From Nitrospiraceae bacterium (lineage in GTDB: Bacteria; Nitrospirota; Nitrospiria; Nitrospirales; Nitrospiraceae), in assembly GCA_037442105.1 (NCBI GenBank), contig JBBIQV010000030.1, positions 1 to 40,505 on the forward strand: DNA of 40,505 bases. Reading direction: 5' to 3'. The notes beneath the pieces were generated by a model. The model saw nothing but the letters and a program-made list of their open reading frames with translations, was not told where the DNA came from and ran no database searches. The position numbers were made by a program, and so were the translations under genes. How positions within the stretch are numbered: position 1 is the stretch's first letter; the number at the start of each line of letters is the position of its first letter. Positions 12,959 to 22,987 of this stretch are shown one piece after another.

Positions 12959-13360
12959 CTACGTCCGTTTCTTCGCGGTCTTCTTTTTCGCCGCCGGTTT
13001 GGTTGGTGTCTTGGCTGGGGCTTTTACGGAGGTCTTCGCTGAACCGTGCCGGGTCAGTTTGGCAACTTTCTCCCGTTCCGCAGCGAGATTGTGCTCCAGC
13101 CCTGTGATCGTGGCGGTCCGTTCCCGATTCACACGGGTCAGTTCTTCGACGCGAGCTTCTAACTCTTCTCTGGCTTTGGTAGCCGCGGAAAGTTGATTCT
13201 GAAGCTGGGCCTTTTCACTCTGCACATTCTGGACATCCATCTTCAGTTGCTCGATTTGCGCTTGCAACGCGGGCGGCCAGTAATCGCATCCGCTCAGGCT
13301 AACGGCGACCAACAACCCAGCCGCCAGGAATCCGGCACGGGACAAGGAAAATCGTCTCAT
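12959..13360 (-). CDS. Coiled-coil lipoprotein with basic Lys/Ala/Pro tail
   Basis: Lipobox LSGC after a hydrophobic stretch, heptad-rich middle, RBS GGAGG upstream. Confidence 0.75.
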   Translation of the reverse strand: MRRFSLSRAGFLAAGLLVAVSLSGCDYWPPALQAQIEQLKMDVQNVQSEKAQLQNQLSAATKAREELEARVEELTRVNRERTATITGLEHNLAAEREKVAKLTRHGSAKTSVKAPAKTPTKPAAKKKTAKKRT

Positions 13361-13383
13361 CGGGCAACCTCCTGCTCTATGGG

Positions 13384-14064
13384 TTAACTCGGCACTGTTC
13401 TTATGTTCAGTTGGAAACCACCTCGCTGTAACGTGGTCCGGAGTGCTTCTCGCGTTATAGGTCCTTCTCGGATAAGCGTCACAGGCTCCCTGGCATCAAC
13501 TACCGTGGATGGCGCGCCGCCGGGTGCCGAGCCCGCGTCCAGAATGATATCAACTTCCGTCCCAAAGAGAGCCTGCACAGCCTCCGCCGTCTGCGCCGGC
13601 TGCCGTCCGGCCCGATTGGCGCTGGTGCCCGTCAGCGGTCCTGTGACGCGCAATATGTCGACAAGCGGCCTATAGATCGTCCAGCGCACTCCCACCGATT
13701 CTGATCCGGCCGTCAACGCGGCGGGCAACGACGCTGCCGCGGGAAACACAATTGTCAGCGGGCCAGGCCAAAACGCCTCCATCAGTAAATAGGCTGCAAG
13801 GGGAATATCGCGCACGAGCCTATCAAGTTGGGAGCGTGCAGCGATCAGCACCAGAATGGGCTTGCCATCAGTACGTTCCTTCAGCCGGCAGAGCCGCTCC
13901 ACCGCATCAGCTTGAAACGGCGATACGCCCAGGCCGTACGAACTCTCCGTAGGAATGGCAATCACGCCGCCCGCCTGTACCACCGTTGCGACCTCGTGAA
14001 GGACAGCGGTATTTAGACCCGTGTGATACGCGAGAACCTGAGCCATGGTTGATGCCTCATTCAT
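13384..14064 (-). CDS. tsaC: L-threonylcarbamoyladenylate synthase (YrdC/Sua5 family)
   Basis: IPTESSYGL, KER...KP, FWPGPLT, TSANRAG and PSTVVD motifs. Confidence 0.93.
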   Translation of the reverse strand: MNEASTMAQVLAYHTGLNTAVLHEVATVVQAGGVIAIPTESSYGLGVSPFQADAVERLCRLKERTDGKPILVLIAARSQLDRLVRDIPLAAYLLMEAFWPGPLTIVFPAAASLPAALTAGSESVGVRWTIYRPLVDILRVTGPLTGTSANRAGRQPAQTAEAVQALFGTEVDIILDAGSAPGGAPSTVVDAREPVTLIREGPITREALRTTLQRGGFQLNIRTVPS

Positions 14065-14070
14065 CGGTCG

Positions 14071-15348
14071 CTAGGCTCTCGCTGCCAGAGCCCGATGGGC
14101 GATGTCAGACCGGAAATGACAACCGTCAAACGTAATCGATCGAATCACCTCGTATGCTCGGTCCCTGGCCGTGAGAAGGGATGATCCAATCCCCGTCACA
14201 CCCAGCACCCGCCCGCCCGCGGTGACGACCTCGCTCCCCTGCCGCCTTGTACCAGCGTGAAAGACCAGTGCCTCTCGATTTTCCATCTCGTTGCCTAGGC
14301 CATGGATCGGCGCACCCGTCTCGTATGGCCCTGGATATCCGCGCGACGTCAGCACGACGCACACGGCCATCCGGTCGTGCCATTCGACCGTCAATTGATC
14401 CAATCGATGCTCGGCAACGGCTTCGATGACATCCACGAGATCAGTCTTGAGGAGCGGGAGGACCACCTGGGTTTCCGGGTCACCCATGCGCGCGTTGAAT
14501 TCCAGCACGTACGGAACTTCTTTCACAATCATTAACCCCGCATACAACACGCCCTGGAAAGGGCAGCCCAGGCGGGACAAGGCATCCACAATCGGCTGCA
14601 ACACCTGCTGCGTTACAGCCTCTCGCAGCAAGGGTGTGCCGAGCGGCGCCGGGCAGTAGGCACCCATGCCGCCGGTGTTCAAGCCTGTGTCGTCATCGCC
14701 GACGCGCTTGTGATCTTGAGCAGGCAGCATCGGCACGATCGTCTTTCCATCGGTGAAGGCCATGATCGTCAATTCCTCACCATCCAGGAACTGCTCGATC
14801 AGCACCCGCCGACCAGCCTGGCCGAAAACGGCGCGATCCATCGAATCCATTACTGCCTGCCTCGCTTGGTCCCGGGTTGTTGCCACCACCACGCCTTTCC
14901 CCTGCGCGAGTCCGTCGGCCTTTACGACCACCGGCATCTCGTGCTGATCCAGGTAAGCCAGTGCCGGCTTGAGCTGATCAAAGCTCTGTGCCCGGGCGGT
15001 AGGAATTTTGGCGACGGTCATCAATTCTTTCGAGAAGATCTTGCTGGCCTCGATGCGTGCCGCGCCTCGTGTGGGGCCGAAAATCTTGAGTTTGCTCTTC
15101 CGAAATTCATCCGCAATGCCAAGGGCCAGCGGGGCTTCCGGCCCCACGACCGTCAGATCGATTCTCTCCGTCTGCACGAAGGTCTTCAGGCCGGCAATGT
15201 CCTCGGCTTTGACCGGCACGCACCTCGCCAGAGCCTCGATGCCGGCATTGCCCGGTGCGCAATACAGCGCCGACACACGCGGGCTCTGCGCGATCTTCCA
15301 CACCAGCGCATGTTCGCGCCCTCCGCTGCCGACGACGAGAATCTTCAT
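14071..15348 (-). CDS. purD: Phosphoribosylamine--glycine ligase
   Basis: MKILVVGSGGREHAL, KADGLAQGKGV, NTGGMGAY and EFNARMGDPE motifs. Confidence 0.98.
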   Translation of the reverse strand: MKILVVGSGGREHALVWKIAQSPRVSALYCAPGNAGIEALARCVPVKAEDIAGLKTFVQTERIDLTVVGPEAPLALGIADEFRKSKLKIFGPTRGAARIEASKIFSKELMTVAKIPTARAQSFDQLKPALAYLDQHEMPVVVKADGLAQGKGVVVATTRDQARQAVMDSMDRAVFGQAGRRVLIEQFLDGEELTIMAFTDGKTIVPMLPAQDHKRVGDDDTGLNTGGMGAYCPAPLGTPLLREAVTQQVLQPIVDALSRLGCPFQGVLYAGLMIVKEVPYVLEFNARMGDPETQVVLPLLKTDLVDVIEAVAEHRLDQLTVEWHDRMAVCVVLTSRGYPGPYETGAPIHGLGNEMENREALVFHAGTRRQGSEVVTAGGRVLGVTGIGSSLLTARDRAYEVIRSITFDGCHFRSDIAHRALAARA

Positions 15349-15360
15349 GTCAGGCCTTCA

Positions 15361-15478
15361 GTGACGAGTGATCCGTGATGAGTGACGGGTCAAGGAGGAA
15401 GACGATGTGTGTGGACACTTGTAGCGAAAAGTGATGAGTCAACTGATCACCCATCACTGATCACTCATCACCCATTAC
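15361..15478. repeat. Heptamer-periodic inverted repeat between purH and purD
   Basis: GTGACGA GTGATCC GTGATGA GTGACGG (15361-15388) faces TCACCCA TCACTGA TCACTCA TCACCCA TTAC (15447-15478). Confidence 0.85.
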
Positions 15479-15485
15479 CATTAGG

Positions 15486-17039
<1,554 letters not shown>

Positions 17040-17277
17040 GTTCAACTCCTGGAAGTAACGAGTGTTTGAGAAAGGGTGACCGTTTCGTGAAAGGCGGGCG
17101 CAGAATAACAAATGGTCCGGGGAAGTTCAAGGCCATGGGACTCCGGTGATCTGAGACGGCTATCCGACCGGCCTTGCAATTCCGCGTGAATTGCCCTAAG
17201 AAGCTCAAACCAAGAGGTGGTCGGAAGATGCACTGTCCGGCCAATGCGCGCAACCACCGTCGACCGGGTGAAACCGG

Positions 17278-18699
17278 ATGATCCTCCAGTTAGTTCCCCA
17301 TCGAGTCACCGACACTTCCGCATCAATCTGGCTCGGCGTGTTCGGGGCACACGCCAGGCCGGATGACGTGCAGATCCGGTTTGGCTCCCGGACTTGGTCT
17401 GCTCCTTCTGCTGCATGGACAGCCATCCAGGCGGGTGGGAATCTTGCTCCGTCCGATCGCAGGGTATGGACGCAGGCCATCACGGTGGGACCTTTCTCAC
17501 CCGGAGAAGAGGTCCGGCTCACGGGGACTCTGCGGACTGAGCCGGCGTGGTGCAGATTCCAGACGCTTCCCCGGCAGCTTCCCCGCAAGCAGGACTCTCC
17601 TTTTACAATCCTGCTCGGCTCCTGCTTCGCCTACTTCCAGGACGAGGCAGGACTGGCGGGGGCCAACCTCGCCAACCTTCCTGCTCCATTCAAACCTGCG
17701 CTCAAGTTTCTGGCAGGCGATCAGGTGTATTTGGACAACCCTGCGACCGAAGTATTACCCCGCAAGGCCCCGGACTTGGCCGCCCGCCTGCTCAACAAAT
17801 ATGTGGCGACCTGGACTCAGGGCGGGGGATGGGGAGGCTTCTCGCGTATCCTAGCTGAGGGGGGAACATACTTTCTCGCCGACGACCATGAGTTCTGGAA
17901 CAACCATCCGAATTGGAGCCCGTTGATCGCCTTCCGAGGTCCGGAAAAACGCGCTGAGTGGATTCAAATCGCCGGTGAACTGTATAAGAAGTTTCAGACT
18001 CTTCCCGACCAACAGCCGGCGCAAGCTCAACAATTTTCCGTCGAGCCGGTAGATTTTTTCCTGGCAGACACGCGCTTCGGACGAGACCTCGGTTCAAGCC
18101 GGTTTATGGACCAGGATGAATTGGGCAAGTTGTCCAATTGGCTTGCAAGTCCTGCGGACAGACCGGGCGTGCTGGTGATTGGAGCCCCGCTATTTACCCA
18201 GCCGGCTGGTTGGATCGGATCCTGGTTGGCCGATCGGTCCCTCGCAAACTATAAGGATCAGTATAGTGAGCTCGCCCAAGCGGTCCTTGACTCCCCGCGA
18301 AGCCTGCTCATACTGAGCGGAGACATCCACTGTGGCCGTGTGGCCGAAGCGATCGGTCTGTCCCCCCAGGACACTGAGCGCCGGATCACTTTGTTTGAAC
18401 TCATTTCTTCTCCCCTCGCTCTGGTGAGCAATCTGGCTGGAGGTACATTCGAGCCGGCACCAGCCCGCTTTCCGGTCGAGGCAGCGCCAGGAGATAGCCG
18501 GATCGGGGTCAAGACCAGACAATGGGATAAGTGGAATGGCACAGGCCATGGTCTCGACCAAAACCAATTCATAACACTCAGTTTTACCCAAGTCGACCAG
18601 GCCGTCAACGTCCGGGCGATCGTGTGGGAGATCACCCGCCGCACGCCGCATATCCCCATTTGCCGAGGAGCGTACGACTGCAAATTGCCTAGGAGGTAG
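17278..18699 (+). CDS. PhoD-like (alkaline phosphatase D family) metallophosphoesterase, no evident export signal
   Basis: GSC, GDQVYLD, DDHEFWNN, DTR and SGDIH motifs in PhoD order; no Tat/Sec signal peptide. Confidence 0.8.
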   Translation: MILQLVPHRVTDTSASIWLGVFGAHARPDDVQIRFGSRTWSAPSAAWTAIQAGGNLAPSDRRVWTQAITVGPFSPGEEVRLTGTLRTEPAWCRFQTLPRQLPRKQDSPFTILLGSCFAYFQDEAGLAGANLANLPAPFKPALKFLAGDQVYLDNPATEVLPRKAPDLAARLLNKYVATWTQGGGWGGFSRILAEGGTYFLADDHEFWNNHPNWSPLIAFRGPEKRAEWIQIAGELYKKFQTLPDQQPAQAQQFSVEPVDFFLADTRFGRDLGSSRFMDQDELGKLSNWLASPADRPGVLVIGAPLFTQPAGWIGSWLADRSLANYKDQYSELAQAVLDSPRSLLILSGDIHCGRVAEAIGLSPQDTERRITLFELISSPLALVSNLAGGTFEPAPARFPVEAAPGDSRIGVKTRQWDKWNGTGHGLDQNQFITLSFTQVDQAVNVRAIVWEITRRTPHIPICRGAYDCKLPRR

Positions 18700-18702
18700 C
18701 GC

Positions 18703-19542
18703 ATGATCCCTTCACGACGATCGTTCGCGACACACGACAACCCCGACCTCGAACCGGTGTCCCTCCGCAAAGGAGAACGCCGCCCTTCGCTCGGTCGGTG
18801 CATTCGCGAGGTTGTTGGCGGCAAAAAAGAAGTCGCCGGGACAATCCTGCTCCTTGGCGGGACTGATCTGACCCATTTCCGGCTCCGCGTCGCCCAAAGC
18901 CACGTACGCAGCGATACCACGCCAAGCTACTGGTCTCACATCGGAATCGTCATGCCACACAGCAAGGACAAACTCTCGCTCGTGGAAGTTCCATTAGATC
19001 CGCCCAGAGGTTTTTCGAGGATGCCCGAAACGAACGGGATTCAAACGTACCTGCGCTACCCTGATAATGACAATGAGTACGACAACACGACGCGCTTTCC
19101 CAACGTTGCGGTGGTGCGGTTTCCCATTAAAGCCGATCCCGATATGACGCTCGACGGCACGGTAAAGAAGGCGATCCGCCGCATCCAAGCTGAACGGGGC
19201 CTCCTGGACTTAACAGCCATGATCTTGCCCTGGTTGGGATTTGTCTGGGGGGCTGGAACGCCCGGCAATCCCTTGCTGGCAGGAAACGGCATCCCGTCGG
19301 CTGCGTTCGTCGAAGCGGTGTTCGCAGCGATGGGCATGGAACTGACCCCCGGCCTGGAATCACGTGCCAGTTGCCCGGAAGCGATCTGGCAGGCCGCAAA
19401 GTGGTGGCATAGCCATTATGAAACGATCAGCCCTGCTGCGACCGGGAAGAAATCGGGAGAGCACGCGCCCAAGGCCGGACACGAAAACTGTCCGTACGGC
19501 AAGTACTGGCTCGGTCAGCCCCACGCCGCCATAGTAGAGTAA
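18703..19542 (+). CDS. Hypothetical protein, permuted papain-like (YiiX/YebB/NlpC-P60) fold suspected
   Basis: RBS AGGAGG, 3 nt after the phoD-like stop; YWSHIGIV then PSAAFVEAVFAAMGMEL...CPEAIW, resembling the family SHxGI...CSELV...Y...G...P layout. Confidence 0.55.
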   Translation: MIPSRRSFATHDNPDLEPVSLRKGERRPSLGRCIREVVGGKKEVAGTILLLGGTDLTHFRLRVAQSHVRSDTTPSYWSHIGIVMPHSKDKLSLVEVPLDPPRGFSRMPETNGIQTYLRYPDNDNEYDNTTRFPNVAVVRFPIKADPDMTLDGTVKKAIRRIQAERGLLDLTAMILPWLGFVWGAGTPGNPLLAGNGIPSAAFVEAVFAAMGMELTPGLESRASCPEAIWQAAKWWHSHYETISPAATGKKSGEHAPKAGHENCPYGKYWLGQPHAAIVE

Positions 19543-19583
19543 GGAAGCAGACCCGGAACCAACGCGATGTGCGAAGATCGGAT

Positions 19584-20243
19584 TTATTCTGCCGGAGGCG
19601 GAGACGACTTGATCTGGCGCAGGAGAACATTCCACCGATCCTTGTAAGCACCGCTCTCAATCTGGTGGATGCGAGTACCAAGGTCGGAGGATTGCTTGGC
19701 CATCAGAGTACCATGCGCCCTGCTGGCATATACTGCCACAAGAAAGGGCCGGAGGCCGGCACCGCAGACACAGACGCACAGTCCACACTGGACGCAACTT
19801 ACGAACAGGTCGGCCACGCTCTGAAAATCGCCGAAGACGGCGCACCAGATGCCGCGCATGACGTCGATCCCCTGAGGGCAGGCCTGCACGCAGGAACCGC
19901 ACTTCCGACAACCGGTCACTTCGGGAAACAAGTCAAAGAGAGCCTGCTTCGGGTCATCAATCGTAGCAAGGTCATAGGTCGGCTTGGGACAGGGGTACCG
20001 TCCGACGAGGGAAAAGGAGATCCCGTCTTGAACAGGAATCCGGCAAGCCAGCCCGGTCCGCACATGCGTTTCATCGGGGAGCCGATAGAGTACGGCGCAG
20101 GCCCCGCAGCATTCCCCTAGACACCCAAGCTCTCTGGCAGATTCCCACCCGGTTTCAAGCAGCGCCTCCATCAGAGTGCTCTCTTTCGACACGCGGTATG
20201 TCTTGCCCATGAACTGGATTGAGACTCGATCCTGAAACGCCAT
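19584..20243 (-). CDS. FrdB/TfrB-like iron-sulfur subunit, copy 2 ([2Fe-2S] + 2x[4Fe-4S])
   Basis: GCLGECCGAC...LAC; CRKCGSCVQACP; CVQCGLCVCVC; ATG at 20243 with RBS AAGGAG. Confidence 0.85.
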   Translation of the reverse strand: MAFQDRVSIQFMGKTYRVSKESTLMEALLETGWESARELGCLGECCGACAVLYRLPDETHVRTGLACRIPVQDGISFSLVGRYPCPKPTYDLATIDDPKQALFDLFPEVTGCRKCGSCVQACPQGIDVMRGIWCAVFGDFQSVADLFVSCVQCGLCVCVCGAGLRPFLVAVYASRAHGTLMAKQSSDLGTRIHQIESGAYKDRWNVLLRQIKSSPPPAE

Positions 20244-20259
20244 AGCCTTCGCACTCCTT

Positions 20260-20316
20260 GTGAAGCGTGACGCGAACGGTTCCATTCCACTCACGCCTGA
20301 CGACTCACGTATTACG
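20260..20316. repeat. Heptamer inverted repeat at the frdA/frdB2 junction
   Basis: GTGAAGC GTGACGC ... TCACGCC TGACGAC TCACGTA TTACG. Confidence 0.7.
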
Positions 20317-21967
20317 GCACCTGCATCGCCACCCGCCTGGCTCTGATGTGTTCAGGGGCATAATTGGGGAGCAGCATGGGCCCCACGTTCCCATCGGAAA
20401 TCCCCGTCTCGGCCAACTCCCGCTCGAAGGATCGCACATGGTCGAGTGACAAGGCCTTTGGCGTGCCGGCTTCGTGCGCATAGGTAGACGCGGCCAGCCC
20501 CGCTCGTCTCCCGAACACCACCACATCCAGGAGGGAATTCCCCATCAGACGGTTCTTGCCGTGCACGCCGCCCGACACTTCGCCAGCCGCAAACAGTCCC
20601 GCAATCGACGTCTCACCGTTGACGCCGATCTCCAAGCCTCCGTTCTGATAGTGGAGGGTCGGATAGACCAGCATCGGTTCCCGGCCGATGTCGATCCCGA
20701 ACCGCTGGAACTGGAGATACTTGGCGCCCAGCTCCCGCTTGACTGTCCCTTCTCCATGTAGCTGGTCGATCATGGGCGAGTCCAGCCAGACGCCGGCTCT
20801 GCCGGCCGGGGTGGCAATGCCCTTGTCCTGTTCGCTGCACTCCCGAATGATGCAGGCGGACGCGACATCGCGCGGCTCAAGCGAGAAGAGAAATTCCTCG
20901 CCGTCGCGGTTGAGCAGTTGGGCGCCTAATCCGCGGACCTTTTCCGTGATGAGCAATCCGGCGTTCTGTTCCGGAAAGACCGCGCCGGTCGGATGGAACT
21001 GGGTCGAATCCAGGAAGCAGGTCTTGATCCCAGCCCGGTAGGCCATCACTAAACCGTCGGCCGTGGCGCCGTAATGGTTCGTGCAAGGGAAGCCCTGGAT
21101 GTGGAGACGGCCGAGTCCGCCGGTGGACAGGATCACCGCCTTGGCGCGCGCGACGTACAACTCTTTGGTTTCCAGATTGAGCAGGATCGCGCCCGCGCAT
21201 CGCCCGCATTCATCCAGCAGCAACTCCAACGCAGGCGTAAACTCCAGCACCCGAATGCCTGGTTGGTTCCTCGCCTCGTCGCGGAGCACGCGCATGATCT
21301 CCGCGCCCGTCATGTCGCCGCACGAGTGCAGTCGTTTGCGGGACGTGCCACCTCCATGCTGAACTCGCAGCCTTCCATCCAGATATTTATCGAACAGAAC
21401 GCCGAGCCGCTCCAGCCATTCGATGGCAACCGGCGCATCCTTGACCAACGTCTCGACGAGATCGGGCTGATTGGAGAAATGCCCGCCACCCATCGCATCG
21501 ACGTAGTGATAGCAGGGGGAGTCGGTTTCGGCTGTCGCGCCTTGGATGCCGCCCTCCGCCATGACGGTGTTGGCATCTCCATGCCGGAGCTTGGTGGCTA
21601 TGGTCACGGACGCACCGGCCTGCGCTGCCTCAAGGGCCGCCGCTGTCCCGGCTCCGCCCGCTCCGATGATCAAGACGTCCGTGTCGATGTCGACGCGATC
21701 CAGACGTACCGCATCAAGATCCAGGCGGCTATGGGATTCCAGGAGATCAACCAGTTCCACCGGCAGGCTGTCTCCCCGGTTGGGGCCGACAGCCAGCGGC
21801 CGTTTCGCGTCGAGCCGGTAGTCCGGATGGAACTGCTTCAACCGCGCCTCGCGCTCGGCCAAAGTCAAGGCCGGAAACGCCTCGCCTCGCTTCGCCCGCT
21901 CCACGCGTTGCGGACGGGTTTTCTCAACCAATCTGATCAATGTTTTCAATTCCGGTGGATAACTCAT
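20312..21967 (-). CDS. frdA: Fumarate reductase/succinate dehydrogenase-family flavoprotein (soluble, TfrA-like)
   Basis: IIGAGGAG FAD motif; dicarboxylate-site motifs QFHPTG, TEKVRG, PRD, HYQNGG and HGKNRLMGNSL; ~90 aa N-terminal extension; short C-terminus. Confidence 0.85.
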   Translation of the reverse strand: MSYPPELKTLIRLVEKTRPQRVERAKRGEAFPALTLAEREARLKQFHPDYRLDAKRPLAVGPNRGDSLPVELVDLLESHSRLDLDAVRLDRVDIDTDVLIIGAGGAGTAAALEAAQAGASVTIATKLRHGDANTVMAEGGIQGATAETDSPCYHYVDAMGGGHFSNQPDLVETLVKDAPVAIEWLERLGVLFDKYLDGRLRVQHGGGTSRKRLHSCGDMTGAEIMRVLRDEARNQPGIRVLEFTPALELLLDECGRCAGAILLNLETKELYVARAKAVILSTGGLGRLHIQGFPCTNHYGATADGLVMAYRAGIKTCFLDSTQFHPTGAVFPEQNAGLLITEKVRGLGAQLLNRDGEEFLFSLEPRDVASACIIRECSEQDKGIATPAGRAGVWLDSPMIDQLHGEGTVKRELGAKYLQFQRFGIDIGREPMLVYPTLHYQNGGLEIGVNGETSIAGLFAAGEVSGGVHGKNRLMGNSLLDVVVFGRRAGLAASTYAHEAGTPKALSLDHVRSFERELAETGISDGNVGPMLLPNYAPEHIRARRVAMQVP

Positions 21968-21976
21968 GCGTCCTTT

Positions 21977-22105
21977 CAGCGAATAGCGAATAGCAAACAG
22001 CGGGTAGCTAGAAACGAGGGGCTGCCTCTTACCGGTTCCAACCTATTCGCTATTGGCTATCAGCTATTCGCTTCAGTTTGAAAGCTGCTCGCTATTCGCT
22101 CGCAG
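21977..22105. repeat. Heptamer inverted repeat at the frdB/frdA junction
   Basis: CAGCGAA TAGCGAA TAGCAAA CAGCGGG TAGCTAG vs CCTATTC GCTATTG GCTATCA GCTATTC, plus GCTGCTC GCTATTC. Confidence 0.88.
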
Positions 22106-22891
22106 CTACAGCCACACCGTGTCCTTCGGCTTCCACTCTCCCGGTTTGCTGAGGTCCGGTTCCCGCTCCCGGTTGGCATAGAAGGTTTTCAACTCTTCTT
22201 TGCTCATCGCTTTCAGCTTGCTGAGTTTCGCGTCAAACCGGCCTTCCTTCACTTCCGCCACGCGTTTGGCGAGATGCTGGGCCTTGGGCGCCAGATATCG
22301 TCCCGCTAAGCGGCGGACATACATGGCCGCCGTGTGCTGAGAAATCTGAGCCGGGCATCGGATGGCGCACAGTCCGCACATGACGCAGGAGAATGAGACC
22401 TCGGCCGCCTTCGTCAAGTCACCCCGCCCGATCAAGGCCACGTAATCCATCACATCGATGCCCATCGGGCAGGTGCGCGAACAGGTGGCGCACCCGACAC
22501 ACCGGTACACTTCGGGAAAGAGCCGGCGAACGGATTCGTGCAAGGCCCCGGGTGCCACAGGGTGCCCGTTACTCTCGAACGATCCCACATCATAGTCAGG
22601 ACGGTTGGCCGGCACGTAGGGCAACTGCATGATCATCATGCCGGACTGGATCACGGTTTGGCAGGCCAAGCCGCTCTGCAATTGAAAGTCGCCCGGGAGC
22701 CGATAAAAAGTCCCGCAGGCTCCGCAAATGCCGCCGCGACAGCCGCAGCCCCGGATGTATTGGTAGCCGGAGTATTCGACCGCCTTCATGATCGTCAGTC
22801 CCTCCGGCACTTCGCAGTACCGGCCCATGATCTGAAGCGGAATCAATCTTTCACTGCTCTTGCCGTTGATGGATCCGTTGATATCGCTCAT
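22106..22891 (-). CDS. frdB: FrdB/TfrB-like iron-sulfur subunit, copy 1 ([2Fe-2S] + 2x[4Fe-4S])
   Basis: GCGCRGGICGACG...LACQ; CVGCATCSRTCP; CVMCGLCAIRCP; ATG at 22891 with RBS AAAGAGG. Confidence 0.85.
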   Translation of the reverse strand: MSDINGSINGKSSERLIPLQIMGRYCEVPEGLTIMKAVEYSGYQYIRGCGCRGGICGACGTFYRLPGDFQLQSGLACQTVIQSGMMIMQLPYVPANRPDYDVGSFESNGHPVAPGALHESVRRLFPEVYRCVGCATCSRTCPMGIDVMDYVALIGRGDLTKAAEVSFSCVMCGLCAIRCPAQISQHTAAMYVRRLAGRYLAPKAQHLAKRVAEVKEGRFDAKLSKLKAMSKEELKTFYANREREPDLSKPGEWKPKDTVWL

Positions 22892-22907
22892 GGTCCAAAC
22901 CTCTTTC

Positions 22908-22986
22908 AAGGTTAAGGTTGAGGCTAAGGTCAAGGAAAAGAACTGACCGATCGTCTCACCTAAGCCTTAACCTCAGCCTCAACCTT
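22908..22986. repeat. Hexamer-periodic inverted repeat at the flxA/frdB junction
   Basis: AAGGTT AAGGTT GAGGCT AAGGTC AAGG vs CCTAAG CCTTAA CCTCAG CCTCAA CCTT. Confidence 0.88.
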
Positions 22987-22987
22987 C

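Noticed and set aside
17040..17277. ZMP/ZTP riboswitch upstream of purH
   Set aside because: The hallmark segments (GACUGGCG and CGCCUGGG) were not found on the minus strand; an Rfam search would settle it.
20312..21967. L-aspartate oxidase (nadB) call
   Set aside because: Flanked by two Fe-S subunits with no nadA/nadC nearby; a reductase role fits better, though the substrate is unproven.
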